DNA of 64,000 bases, from the NCBI GenBank assembly GCA_038215615.1, contig JBBQQR010000006.1:1-64000 (forward strand). The letters are read 5' to 3'. This document shows positions 53,691 to 63,207 of this stretch, piece after piece. The stretch is from Vulcanimicrobiales bacterium. GTDB taxonomy: Bacteria; Vulcanimicrobiota; Vulcanimicrobiia; Vulcanimicrobiales; Vulcanimicrobiaceae. The translations under genes were made by a program, and so were the position numbers. Positions within the stretch are counted from its first letter, which is position 1; each line of letters opens with the position of its first letter. The notes beneath the pieces are model-generated. The model was given only the letters and a program-made list of their open reading frames with translations, made no database searches and was not told the DNA's origin.

Positions 53691-56561
53691 ATGGGGGCCG
53701 GTGTGAAGCCTGCCGGACTGGAGATCCGGCGCGACGCTCTGCTTGACCGGCTTGAGAGGGCCCGGCCGAAGATTTCGGCCTTGCTCGCCCCGGCAGGTTT
53801 CGGAAAATCGACGCTGGCTCGCCAGCTTCTCGCGGGCAAGACGAACGCGGCCATTTGCGACGCCAGCGAGGTTTCGGGCGAACTGGAGCTCGCGCGCCGG
53901 CTTATCCCCGCCCTGGCCGCCGAGAATCCGAAGCGTACGCAGACCCTTACCCAACGCGAGCTCATGATGGGCGACGCGGGGACGGCCGTCGCCGACCGCG
54001 TGAACCTCGCGCTGGAAGCGTGGAAGGAACCGATCGAAGACTCGACCTTCGTATTTGAAAATGCCGAACATTTGGTGCGCGATCCCGCAGCGCGTGATTT
54101 TTTTAGCCGCCTATTAGCCCAACGCCCGCCCGGTCGCGACGTCGTCATCTGTTCGCGCGAAAATCTGCGCGTGCATCTGACGAGGTTCGCGCCGCCGCAC
54201 GAGATCGTGACGTTGCGAGCCGAAGACTTGGCGCTCGATCGATCCGAGCTCGGCGACCTCTTCGAACCCTACAGTGACCGACCCGGATTCGTCGCGCGGA
54301 TCATGCAGCTCTCGCAAGGCTGGCCGATCGCGGTTTTTCTGCTCCGCCGGTTTGCCGGCGAAGGCCGGATCGACAGTTTGCTCGAGAGTTTGAATGACGT
54401 CGCGTTCGAAGAGCTGCACGACTATCTTGCGGATCAGGTGCTCGCTTCACTCGATCCGCCGCTGGTCGATGCGCTCTTCGCGTGCGCGTGCATCCCCAAC
54501 GCTCGCGTTGCCGACTTGCGTGCCGCACTCCCCAAAGAGCAAGCGGTCGTCGCGCTCCAAGAGTTTGCAAAAGGATCGCCGTTCATCACGCGTTCGGATG
54601 AGGCGTTCGTTCTGCATCCGCTGCTCAGCTCGTTGTTGACGGAGCGCCGGGGAGACGAGCGCGCGGATCTGTTGGCGCGGGTCGCCGGGGCTCATACCCA
54701 AGCCAAACGTTATCAGCGCGCCGCCGAGCTGCACTTGGCGCGGGATGATCAAGAAGCGGCGGCCGAAGTGCTGGCGCGCCACGAAGTGATCCGTGACCGC
54801 GCCCCATCGATGGAGTATGCGCGCGTCTTGGCGTCGCTCGACCATTCCCAGGTTCACCGCTACCCGCGGCTCTGGGCCGTGACCGCGATGTTGCGCATGT
54901 TCTGCATTGATTGCGAAGAACTGCTCGACGAAGCCGAATCGCTTTGGCGGACGCTCTCGCCCGAGGTAAGTGCCTCCGAGCGCGGTTACGTTTTGCTGTT
55001 CCGCATCATGCTCATGAGTTACATCGGCTTAATCGACGATGCTGAGAAGATGCTTGCGGAATTTCTATCCGGCCCGCGCGCAGCGGTTCAAAGCAAGGAC
55101 TACGTGGAAGCATACCTTGGATACGTCCTAGGCGTCATGCGATCGCGTGTGGGCCGCCTGGAACAAGCCGAGCGCGATTTAACCATTGCGCTTCCCAAAA
55201 TAGGCAGCACGGATATCGCCGGTTCGGGAGCGCTCCTGACGCTAGGCGCCGATATCGCGCGAGTGCGCGGCGAATTTGCCGTGGCGCGGCAATTTATCGA
55301 CCGCGCGCTGGAAAGCGCGCGCCGCTCGGGTCTATGGAACTTCATCGCGTTCGATTTGGCGGAAGCGTGTTTCGGAGCTTGGTTTGCCGGCGACGACGCG
55401 GCGTTCGTCCGGTACGGCATAGAACTCGACGACGTCGTCCACCGCAACGGTATTCGGTGCATCTCATTTTTTGCGGCGGCCGCACGCGGGCGGGCCGAAG
55501 AGCCGGCGGATGCCGACTTACTTAAATTCGTCGCTTGCGGGCGGATGATCGCGGCCGCCGCTTCGCACGACCGCAGAACGGCCGTTCGTCAGGCGCGCGC
55601 GGCCGTTACCGCCGCACAGCGGCTTCGCTCGCCGTTTACGCTTTGTTTGGCTTTCTTAACGCTGGCGGCTTACGACGACGCAAACACAGCGGAGCATTTT
55701 GAAAGAGCGGTTGAAGCGGCGGCGCGATGCGACTCGCCGCCATTGCACAATGCCGTTCGTGCCGTGGCCGAAGGCCGCGCCGACTACGGAATGCTCAATC
55801 CGTTCATGATGCGGCTGCAGCATGAACGAACGGGAACGGCGCCGCTGCTGGAGGTCGTACTCACGGCCGGCGTTGCGCGCGCGGCCGGAGAAGAAGTGGC
55901 GCTATCGGAACGAGAGTTTGCGCTGCTGGCGGCGCTCTCGATTCGCCGCGAGACCGTCCCGCGAGCGCGCCTAACCGATCTTCTGTGGCCGGAACTGGAT
56001 GAACGCGCGGCGCGGAATGCGCTCAGCGTTTGTCTACACCGTCTGCGGTTGCATCTGCGCATCGATCAGAGTGTCATACGCAAGAAGGACGGATACGCAC
56101 TGCACGACGACGTACGCGTCGATCTCTGGGAGATCGATCGCACGGTGACAGCCTTGCGATCGCGAACCGCGCTGGGGGACAGCGAGCGGGCACTCTTTTC
56201 CGGCATCTACGAACAGTTACGGCGCAAAAGACCCGAGCGGATGCTTCAGTGGGACTGGTTCGAACCGACTGAACGGCATATTCGCGAACTGCGCTTGGAA
56301 GTGGCGCACCGGCTTGCGGGGGATGCCCTAAGCCACGGACAAGTGCACCACGCGCTTGAGCTTGCCGAAGAAATGATCGGCTACGATCCTTGCGATGAGG
56401 CGGGCCGCGAGCTTGCAATCACCGCGCACTTGCGTCGCGGAGATCGGGCCGCCGCAATGCGCCAGTACCGGCAATACCGCGAGACGCTTCTCGCCGAATT
56501 GCAGTGCGAGCCGTCCGATGAAATCAAGGAACTCGTCGGCCTTGCGCAACACACGGCGTAG
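53691..56561 (+). CDS. MalT-like STAND ATPase regulator with C-terminal winged-helix and BTAD (SARP) domains
   Basis: Walker A APAGFGKS, GWP, DYLADQV; LTDLLWPE...NALSVCLHRLR; VDLWE; DPCDE...AMRQYRQYRETLLAELQCEPS. Confidence 0.85.
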   Translation: MGAGVKPAGLEIRRDALLDRLERARPKISALLAPAGFGKSTLARQLLAGKTNAAICDASEVSGELELARRLIPALAAENPKRTQTLTQRELMMGDAGTAVADRVNLALEAWKEPIEDSTFVFENAEHLVRDPAARDFFSRLLAQRPPGRDVVICSRENLRVHLTRFAPPHEIVTLRAEDLALDRSELGDLFEPYSDRPGFVARIMQLSQGWPIAVFLLRRFAGEGRIDSLLESLNDVAFEELHDYLADQVLASLDPPLVDALFACACIPNARVADLRAALPKEQAVVALQEFAKGSPFITRSDEAFVLHPLLSSLLTERRGDERADLLARVAGAHTQAKRYQRAAELHLARDDQEAAAEVLARHEVIRDRAPSMEYARVLASLDHSQVHRYPRLWAVTAMLRMFCIDCEELLDEAESLWRTLSPEVSASERGYVLLFRIMLMSYIGLIDDAEKMLAEFLSGPRAAVQSKDYVEAYLGYVLGVMRSRVGRLEQAERDLTIALPKIGSTDIAGSGALLTLGADIARVRGEFAVARQFIDRALESARRSGLWNFIAFDLAEACFGAWFAGDDAAFVRYGIELDDVVHRNGIRCISFFAAAARGRAEEPADADLLKFVACGRMIAAAASHDRRTAVRQARAAVTAAQRLRSPFTLCLAFLTLAAYDDANTAEHFERAVEAAARCDSPPLHNAVRAVAEGRADYGMLNPFMMRLQHERTGTAPLLEVVLTAGVARAAGEEVALSEREFALLAALSIRRETVPRARLTDLLWPELDERAARNALSVCLHRLRLHLRIDQSVIRKKDGYALHDDVRVDLWEIDRTVTALRSRTALGDSERALFSGIYEQLRRKRPERMLQWDWFEPTERHIRELRLEVAHRLAGDALSHGQVHHALELAEEMIGYDPCDEAGRELAITAHLRRGDRAAAMRQYRQYRETLLAELQCEPSDEIKELVGLAQHTA

Positions 56562-56567
56562 CCTAAA

Positions 56568-57170
56568 ATGATCGCAATCATCTTGGCCGCGCTGACTGTG
56601 AAGCAGTCTCCGTCTCGACAACCATCCCCGGTCCGGCAGTACGACGTGCTCGTCTCCGCCGGTCACGAGGGCCGCCCAACGAGCTGCGCGCGGTTCCCGA
56701 AACGTCGTTGTAACTTAGGAGCTGCGGGCGAGCGGCAGTGGACTCCGATCGTCGCCGACGAAACCGCCCGCTCTCTGCGCGCCTCGGGATTCAGCGTCGC
56801 TCGCGAGCCGGCGGATTTCGATGGCTCCTTCAATGTCAAGGCTGCTGTGTTTATCCATTTCGATGGCAGCGATCGCCCGTGCTCGACGGGTGCATCCATC
56901 GGCTACCACGACAGCGGATCGAGCGCTGCGGCCAAGCTTTGGCGCGACATGTATTCGCGGTATTTTCCGTTCACGTTTATGGCAGATAACTTTACGGACA
57001 ATTTGCGCGACTACTACGGGTTCCGGCAAGTGCATGCGGCCGCCGGCGCGCTGGTGATCGAGCTAGGCGAAGTCTCGTGTCCGGCGCAGCGGCAGTGGCT
57101 GGCGGCGCGGCTGAAGCCGGCTGCGGACTTCATCGCGGACTTCATAAGGGAGCTGATCGCCAAGAAGTGA
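56568..57170 (+). CDS. N-acetylmuramoyl-L-alanine amidase (Amidase_3-like)
   Basis: VSAGHEG...GE...FIHFDG...VIELG zinc and catalytic residues; short signal peptide. Confidence 0.7.
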   Translation: MIAIILAALTVKQSPSRQPSPVRQYDVLVSAGHEGRPTSCARFPKRRCNLGAAGERQWTPIVADETARSLRASGFSVAREPADFDGSFNVKAAVFIHFDGSDRPCSTGASIGYHDSGSSAAAKLWRDMYSRYFPFTFMADNFTDNLRDYYGFRQVHAAAGALVIELGEVSCPAQRQWLAARLKPAADFIADFIRELIAKK

Positions 57171-57199
57171 ATGCAACAACGCGCGGCTAAAGCGCCCGT

Positions 57200-60100
57200 A
57201 TGCGCCGATTGCTTCTTGCGTTTGCCCTACTAGCCGCGACACCGCAGCCTTCCCCTACTCCCGGGTTCTTCGATCAGATGCGTTTTCGCAGCGTCGGTCC
57301 GGCCGTTTCAGGCGGACGTCTGGGCGCCGTAGCGGGAACTGACGCCGACCCATCGCTCTACTATGTAGGCGCGGCCGGGGGCGGGGTCTGGCGCAGCACG
57401 AACGGCGGTCAGACGTTTTCGCCCGTTTTCGATTCGCAGCGCATCGGTTCGATCGGCGCGGTTGCAATCGATCCGCGCGATACGAAGATCGTTTGGGTGG
57501 GCACCGGAGAAGGCGCGCCGCGCAACGATGTTTCGCAAGGCGACGGCGTCTACCGCAGCGCGGACGGCGGCAGGACGTGGAGCCACGTCTTAGTTTTGGG
57601 AAATGCGCTTGTCGCGGCGATCCTTGTCGATCCGCGCGATTCCAATACGGTGCTCGTTGGGGTTCTGGGCGATCCGTTTGCGGACAACGAGGCGCGCGGA
57701 ATGTACCGCACTTCCGACGGCGGAAAAACTTGGCAGAAAACGTTGTACGTAGACGCGCGCACCGGCGCATCGGATATTGCAGCGTCCGTCAAAGAGCCTG
57801 GCGTTGTATACGGCGGAATGTGGCCGTACCGGCGAACCGGATGGAGTTCGGAGAGCGGCGGAACGCAAGGCGGGCTCTACAAATCTTCCGACTTCGGCGC
57901 AACCTGGCAAAAACTGACCGGCAATGGATTGCCGGAGGGTGAGACAGGACGTATAGGCGTCGCGGTGGCGCCGTCGGATCCGCAGCGCGTTTACGCGCTG
58001 ATCGAATCGAAGCAAGGTTTGCTTTGGCGCAGCGATGACGGCGGCGCGACTTGGAAACTCACGAGTTCGAACACGCTCATCAATGAGAGGCCTTTCTACT
58101 ACACCCACGTGTTTGTCGATCCGACCAACGAAAATCATCTTTGGGCGCTTTCCGTTCACGTGGCAGCGAGCAGCGATGGCGGCAAGACGTGGAGATTGGG
58201 AGCGCGCGGCGTGCACGGCGATAATCACGCGATGTGGATATCAAAGGACGCCAAACGCATCATTGAAGGTAATGACGGCGGCCCTTCGTTTTCATATGAC
58301 GATGGCACAACGTGGCAGATGCCGCACAATTTGGCAATCGCGCAACTCTACCACATCGGGTTCGACCGGCAGAATCCCTATCACGTGTGCGCTCCGCTGC
58401 AAGATAACGGCGTGTGGTGCGCGCCCAACGACGGGTTAAGCGGCGGCATCAGCTCGAGCCAGTGGCAGAGTATGGGAGGCGGCGACGGCACCTGGGTCGT
58501 TCCCGATCCGCTCCAGCCGAAAGTCGTGTGGCTGACGAGCGGTGGCGGCAATTTCGCCGGGGAAATCAGCGTCATCGATACGCGGACCAACGAGATTCGC
58601 ACCGTATCGCCGTTTCTGCACGATCAAAACGTTGTCGATCCGCGCAATCTAAAGTACCGCTTTAATTGGGAGACGCCGATTGCGTTCGATCCGTTCGATC
58701 CGCATACAGTCTACACGGCCGGCGACGTCGTGTTTAAGACGCGCGACGCCGGGCAGCACTGGCAGGCAATAAGCCCAGACTTGACCCGGAACGCCCGCAG
58801 CCACGAAACCCTTAGCGGCGGCATTACGCTCGACGGCACGGGAGCCGAAACGTCGGAGACCATCCTTTATATAGAGCCTTCTCGCGTGAAGCGCGGACTG
58901 CTGTGGATTGGGACCGACGACGGCTATGTTCAGCTGACGCAAGACGGCGGGAAGAGCTGGCGCAACGTTACGCCGACGGGCTTGCCTCCATTCGGACGAT
59001 TTGCGAGTCTTTCGGCGTCTGTGCATAATGCCGGAGTTCTGTATGCGGTCTACGATCTGCATATGGTGGGCGACCGTGCGCCGCACGTCTTCGTAACCGC
59101 AGATTACGGGCGGCACTGGCGCGACATCGCGGCCAACTTGCCTGCCGGGCAGGAAGTGCGCAGCGTTCGTGCCGATCCGCGAAATGCGCAACTCGTGTAC
59201 GCAGGACTGGAAAATAGCCTGTGGGCCACGTTCGATGGCGGCGCGCACTGGCGCGATATCAACCTCAATCTTCCGCCGAGCTCGGTGCGCGACATTGCCG
59301 TGCAGCCGGATCGCAACGACTTGCTGCTGGCAACGCACGGGCGCAGTGTTTGGATACTGGACGATATCTCGCCGCTTCAGAACCTTCGGACAGCGCAAAG
59401 CGCGGCTTCGGGCGTTTATCTTTTTCCGTCACGGCCTGCCACTCTGTGGAACGAGCACAGCTATTTTGGAACGCGTACCGATGGCGCGGGGCCTCCGTAC
59501 GGAACGATCGTCACATATTATTTGAAACGTCCGGCTGCGTTTGCTCCCACGGCGGAAATCATCGACTCGTCCGGACGCATCGTGCGCCATTTCAAGGCGA
59601 AAGATCTCTCCAATCAAGCCGGCTTGAATCGCTTTTCGTGGGATATCGCCGAAGACGCGCCGCCCATCTGGAAGTTCACGCCCACATGGAACCAAGGCGG
59701 CGCCTTCAGCCAAGAGAGCGTCACGGTCTTGCCCGGCAGGTACACACTCGTTCTGCACGCCGGTGTGCCGCTGCGACGGCCGATTGTTGTTGAACAGGAC
59801 CCGCGGACGCGATATCCCGCCGCGCAGTTACGCCAAAACTACGTCGCAATGAGTGAGGTCTTCGACGATTTCGGACGCGTGAACGTCGCGCTCAATGTGC
59901 TCTCTACGGTTTTAAATGAGGCACCCTTCCGCACGGCTGCGCTCAACCAAGCGCAGAACGGAACGCTTGCGTTGCAGGTTGCAGCAGTAGCCTCACAAGC
60001 CAGGCTCTTGTTGCTTTCGATCACGCAGAACCCCGTCAACGATCAGGACGACGATTTTTTCACCGACGTTTTGCGCGAACGCTTGCAAACGCAAATGGGC

Positions 60101-60334
60101 ACGTTCGGAGGTTCGGCGGGGCCGCCGACGGCCGTGCAGCTCACCGAAAATGCGGTGCTCCACGCGCTGGCCAACCAGCGCCTGCGCGCAGTGGCCGGCT
60201 TTGAAGCCGGCGCGCTGCGCCAGGTCGACGCGGCATTGCGTGCGGCGAAATTGCCTCTGCTGACGACGCTCACCCAACAGCCCAAGATTTACGACGAAGC
60301 TGTAGGCGGGCGCCGCGGAGACGACTCGCTTTAG
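57200..60334 (+). CDS. Secreted BNR/Asp-box (VPS10-like) beta-propeller glycosyl hydrolase-like protein
   Basis: FRSVGP..SGGR start, about 11 S/T-x-D-G-G-x-T-W repeats, DLLLATHGRS, GLNRFSWD. Confidence 0.85.
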   Translation: MRRLLLAFALLAATPQPSPTPGFFDQMRFRSVGPAVSGGRLGAVAGTDADPSLYYVGAAGGGVWRSTNGGQTFSPVFDSQRIGSIGAVAIDPRDTKIVWVGTGEGAPRNDVSQGDGVYRSADGGRTWSHVLVLGNALVAAILVDPRDSNTVLVGVLGDPFADNEARGMYRTSDGGKTWQKTLYVDARTGASDIAASVKEPGVVYGGMWPYRRTGWSSESGGTQGGLYKSSDFGATWQKLTGNGLPEGETGRIGVAVAPSDPQRVYALIESKQGLLWRSDDGGATWKLTSSNTLINERPFYYTHVFVDPTNENHLWALSVHVAASSDGGKTWRLGARGVHGDNHAMWISKDAKRIIEGNDGGPSFSYDDGTTWQMPHNLAIAQLYHIGFDRQNPYHVCAPLQDNGVWCAPNDGLSGGISSSQWQSMGGGDGTWVVPDPLQPKVVWLTSGGGNFAGEISVIDTRTNEIRTVSPFLHDQNVVDPRNLKYRFNWETPIAFDPFDPHTVYTAGDVVFKTRDAGQHWQAISPDLTRNARSHETLSGGITLDGTGAETSETILYIEPSRVKRGLLWIGTDDGYVQLTQDGGKSWRNVTPTGLPPFGRFASLSASVHNAGVLYAVYDLHMVGDRAPHVFVTADYGRHWRDIAANLPAGQEVRSVRADPRNAQLVYAGLENSLWATFDGGAHWRDINLNLPPSSVRDIAVQPDRNDLLLATHGRSVWILDDISPLQNLRTAQSAASGVYLFPSRPATLWNEHSYFGTRTDGAGPPYGTIVTYYLKRPAAFAPTAEIIDSSGRIVRHFKAKDLSNQAGLNRFSWDIAEDAPPIWKFTPTWNQGGAFSQESVTVLPGRYTLVLHAGVPLRRPIVVEQDPRTRYPAAQLRQNYVAMSEVFDDFGRVNVALNVLSTVLNEAPFRTAALNQAQNGTLALQVAAVASQARLLLLSITQNPVNDQDDDFFTDVLRERLQTQMGTFGGSAGPPTAVQLTENAVLHALANQRLRAVAGFEAGALRQVDAALRAAKLPLLTTLTQQPKIYDEAVGGRRGDDSL

Positions 60335-60387
60335 GCGACAGCCGCCGGTACGACAGCGAGCATACGCTGCAAGGGTGGCAGCTGTAT

Positions 60388-60442
60388 GGCACCGTGCGCG
60401 AACCGTACTGCAATTGCTGTATGGTTCAAATGTCACGGTGCC
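60388..60442. other. Long imperfect inverted repeat / RNA hairpin
   Basis: GGCACCGTG..GAACCGTAC-T-GCAATTGC-T-GTATGGTTC..CACGGTGCC. Confidence 0.55.
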
Positions 60443-60522
60443 GCTTAATATCTTTACAGAGCCTCTCCCAGGTGTGGCCGTCGTCGCGGAGGGGCTCCAA
60501 AGTTTTCGTCGTAGGTCGCGGT

Positions 60523-63159
60523 GTGACGCGGCTGGCCGACGCTGCACGACCCGCCGGACCGGCAACATTTTCGCCGATCGTTCGTCCGCGAATATCGCAG
60601 CGCATCGACGCAGCCGCTGCCGGCCGAATCGTCCTGATTGTCGCCCCTGCCGGATACGGAAAATCCCTGGCGCTGTCGCATTGGCTGGAGTGCCAGCCGC
60701 GCCGGCCCGTGCGCTTCGACGTGCAAACCGAACACGATACGCTGCTCGGGTTTGTGCGCGGAATTGCGGATGCGTTCTTCCAGTTCCCCGCGTTGCGGAA
60801 GACCGTGGCGACCGCATTTCAAAACAGCGCGTCGGCTGCGGCGCCGGGAATTGAAATGGCTCGCTGGATGGCAGCCCATCTTGAGGCATTTGAGGGTACC
60901 GTCGCCATCGACGATTTTCACCGCGCGAGCGAGGATGTCGAGGTTTCGCGGTTCGTCGCCTCTCTGATCGCCCGAACGAAGCCGCGGGTACAGTGGGTGC
61001 TGGCCACGCGCTCGACATTAGATCTGCCGGTCGCGAGTTGGCTTGCTTACGGCGAAGCGCATTTCGTCATCGGCGATCGCGATCTGCGCTTCTTAGACGA
61101 CGAAGCGCTCGAGCTTTCCCAAGGCGCAGGGCAAGTCTGGTCGCCGCGGGCGCTTCGGGGCGTGATGGACGCGACGTCGGGTTGGCCCGTCGCATTGGGG
61201 CTTGCGCTGCGAAGCACGAGCGTATTGAACGGCGCCGATCTTTCACACTCTACGCGCGAGGTACTGTTCCAATACCTGGCGGAGCAAGTCTATGCCGACC
61301 TTTCGCCGGAAGAGCGCGAGCTGTTGCATTTTGCCGCATACTTACCGTCGATCGATATCGGCGTTCTCGAAGTTGCCGGCTATCGCACCAGTGCGAGAAT
61401 GTTGGAAACAGTCCGACGAAGAGCGACATTTCTTTCGCTCGAATCCCCGGGCAGATACAAGTGCCACGATCTATTTCGCGAATTCTTGCGAAGTCAGTTC
61501 GAACTGAATGATCCGGCGGAGGCGAAATGCTCACAGGAGAAGGCGGCCTCAGCTTTGGAGCGGAGCAGCGATGTTGTCGCAGCGTTGCGCCTCTACTCGA
61601 AGCTACATGCGACACCCGCGATTTTGCGGATCCTGCGCGAGCACGGCTTTAACCTAATGGATCACTCTCACGGTGATGTTGTAGAAAGCGCGCTGCAAGC
61701 GGTGCCGCCGAACGTGCGATCTGCCGACGCCATCATCCTCGGCTTGCGCGCCCAACGTGCCGCCGATGCCGGACACTTGGAGCGCGCCGAAGCGCTGTTC
61801 AGGCGTGCGCTAGACTCCACGAAGGATACCGACGCGCGCCTAACACTTGCGGTCTCTTTCGCGGTTTTGCAAAGGAACCAATCGCGCTCCGTTAATGAGA
61901 TTCTTGGTCCCCTAGACGCATCTGCGGGGCGACTTGAGTTGCGAGCCGAGATGGCTGCCTTGCTCGCGACCGACAGCGCGCTGTCAAACGAACAAAATAG
62001 CGCTAAGGAAAGGGTCGCGGCGGCAGAGCAGTTCTGCGCGCTTATTGAATCGCAGGAGGTTCGCGCCAAGCTACTTTTGCGAATCGGAATCGCTAAAATG
62101 ACGCTGGGCTACGCTGCTGACGAAGTGCTGTCAGGATTGTCAGAGGCCGCTACCTTAGCGGAAAGAATTGGGATGCTTGGCATCGCGGCTAGAGCATATA
62201 ATGTTCTGGGCATGGCGCAGTTGTTCTGTCTAAACGCGCCGGACAAAACACTAGAATCCGAAAAGAAAGGTGCAATTGCCGCCATAAAGAGCGCCGATCG
62301 CTTTGCCCTACAAGCTTCAATTACATGCTCAATTACGGCGGAAACAAACCTTGGAAATGCGCGGGCATTAGAACCGTTGCTATCGCGCCTTAGCGACGCT
62401 GCCATATCGGACGCGGAACGGCTGCGCTCCATTAGATCTTACACGCGAGCCACGATTTGTGCTTGGAATGGGCATCTTCAAGACGCCGTCGTGCTGATGG
62501 GCGACCTAGTGTCAAATAATTACGGTTATTATGATTTCGACCAACTGTTCAACATGGCAAGCCATGCTTTATTTGCGGCGGCATGCGACGATATTTCGGC
62601 GAGCAGGAAGCTGCTGGTTGCCGCGGCCGAAAAAAGCAGGCACTGTAAAGTTCCACATGCGTACGCCAAAGCGAAATGGGGCGTTGCAACCGTGTTTTGT
62701 GCAACCGCGGAATATCTAAACGGCCGTCGACAACGCGCTGGGGAATTACTGAAAACGTTACCGATGGACTCCCCTGCGTCCGTGATGCGCCTAAGCGAGA
62801 CGCTAAATGTATTTTTACAGGGAGGTAGCGATTGGAACGATGACGTGTCGACCTTAGTAAAATCAGTCGCGGGCGGATACACCGGTGCAGCTCGGACGCT
62901 TGAGGCGTGCATGAAGTATTGGGCGGCTCTACACGGTGTGGGCGCTCGGCCAAGTGGCGCCTTGACGCCGGCTGAACGACGCGTATTGTTTGATTTAGAA
63001 GCGGGGGAAAGTCCCAAGGAAATTGCTGCTCGCACGGGGCGGAGTATTCACACGATTCGAACGTTGATTCAGCGATCTATTCAGAAGCTTGGTTGTCAGG
63101 GACGTCATGAGGCTTTGGCGATGGCTCGACGGTCCGGAGTATTCACGATAGATCTCTAG
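60523..63159 (+). CDS. MalT-like STAND ATPase with C-terminal LuxR HTH
   Basis: APAGYGKS, IDDFH, GWPVAL, YLAEQV, HDLFREFL, LTPAERRVL..GESPKEIA..TIRT; start approximate. Confidence 0.85.
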   Translation: MTRLADAARPAGPATFSPIVRPRISQRIDAAAAGRIVLIVAPAGYGKSLALSHWLECQPRRPVRFDVQTEHDTLLGFVRGIADAFFQFPALRKTVATAFQNSASAAAPGIEMARWMAAHLEAFEGTVAIDDFHRASEDVEVSRFVASLIARTKPRVQWVLATRSTLDLPVASWLAYGEAHFVIGDRDLRFLDDEALELSQGAGQVWSPRALRGVMDATSGWPVALGLALRSTSVLNGADLSHSTREVLFQYLAEQVYADLSPEERELLHFAAYLPSIDIGVLEVAGYRTSARMLETVRRRATFLSLESPGRYKCHDLFREFLRSQFELNDPAEAKCSQEKAASALERSSDVVAALRLYSKLHATPAILRILREHGFNLMDHSHGDVVESALQAVPPNVRSADAIILGLRAQRAADAGHLERAEALFRRALDSTKDTDARLTLAVSFAVLQRNQSRSVNEILGPLDASAGRLELRAEMAALLATDSALSNEQNSAKERVAAAEQFCALIESQEVRAKLLLRIGIAKMTLGYAADEVLSGLSEAATLAERIGMLGIAARAYNVLGMAQLFCLNAPDKTLESEKKGAIAAIKSADRFALQASITCSITAETNLGNARALEPLLSRLSDAAISDAERLRSIRSYTRATICAWNGHLQDAVVLMGDLVSNNYGYYDFDQLFNMASHALFAAACDDISASRKLLVAAAEKSRHCKVPHAYAKAKWGVATVFCATAEYLNGRRQRAGELLKTLPMDSPASVMRLSETLNVFLQGGSDWNDDVSTLVKSVAGGYTGAARTLEACMKYWAALHGVGARPSGALTPAERRVLFDLEAGESPKEIAARTGRSIHTIRTLIQRSIQKLGCQGRHEALAMARRSGVFTIDL

Positions 63160-63207
63160 CATGTTGCATCTGGAGGAGCAGACCAGAGCACGCCTAAGGC
63201 ATCCGTA

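Noticed and set aside
57200..59400. Recurring GACGGCGG-like units that might suggest a CRISPR or tandem array
   Set aside because: They are BNR/Asp-box protein repeats inside an ORF, with irregular spacing.
53086..60462. TTTACAGAGC present upstream of both the desaturase (53086) and the STAND-LuxR gene (60453)
   Set aside because: A single shared 10-mer in 64 kb is compatible with chance, and it is in opposite orientation relative to the two genes.
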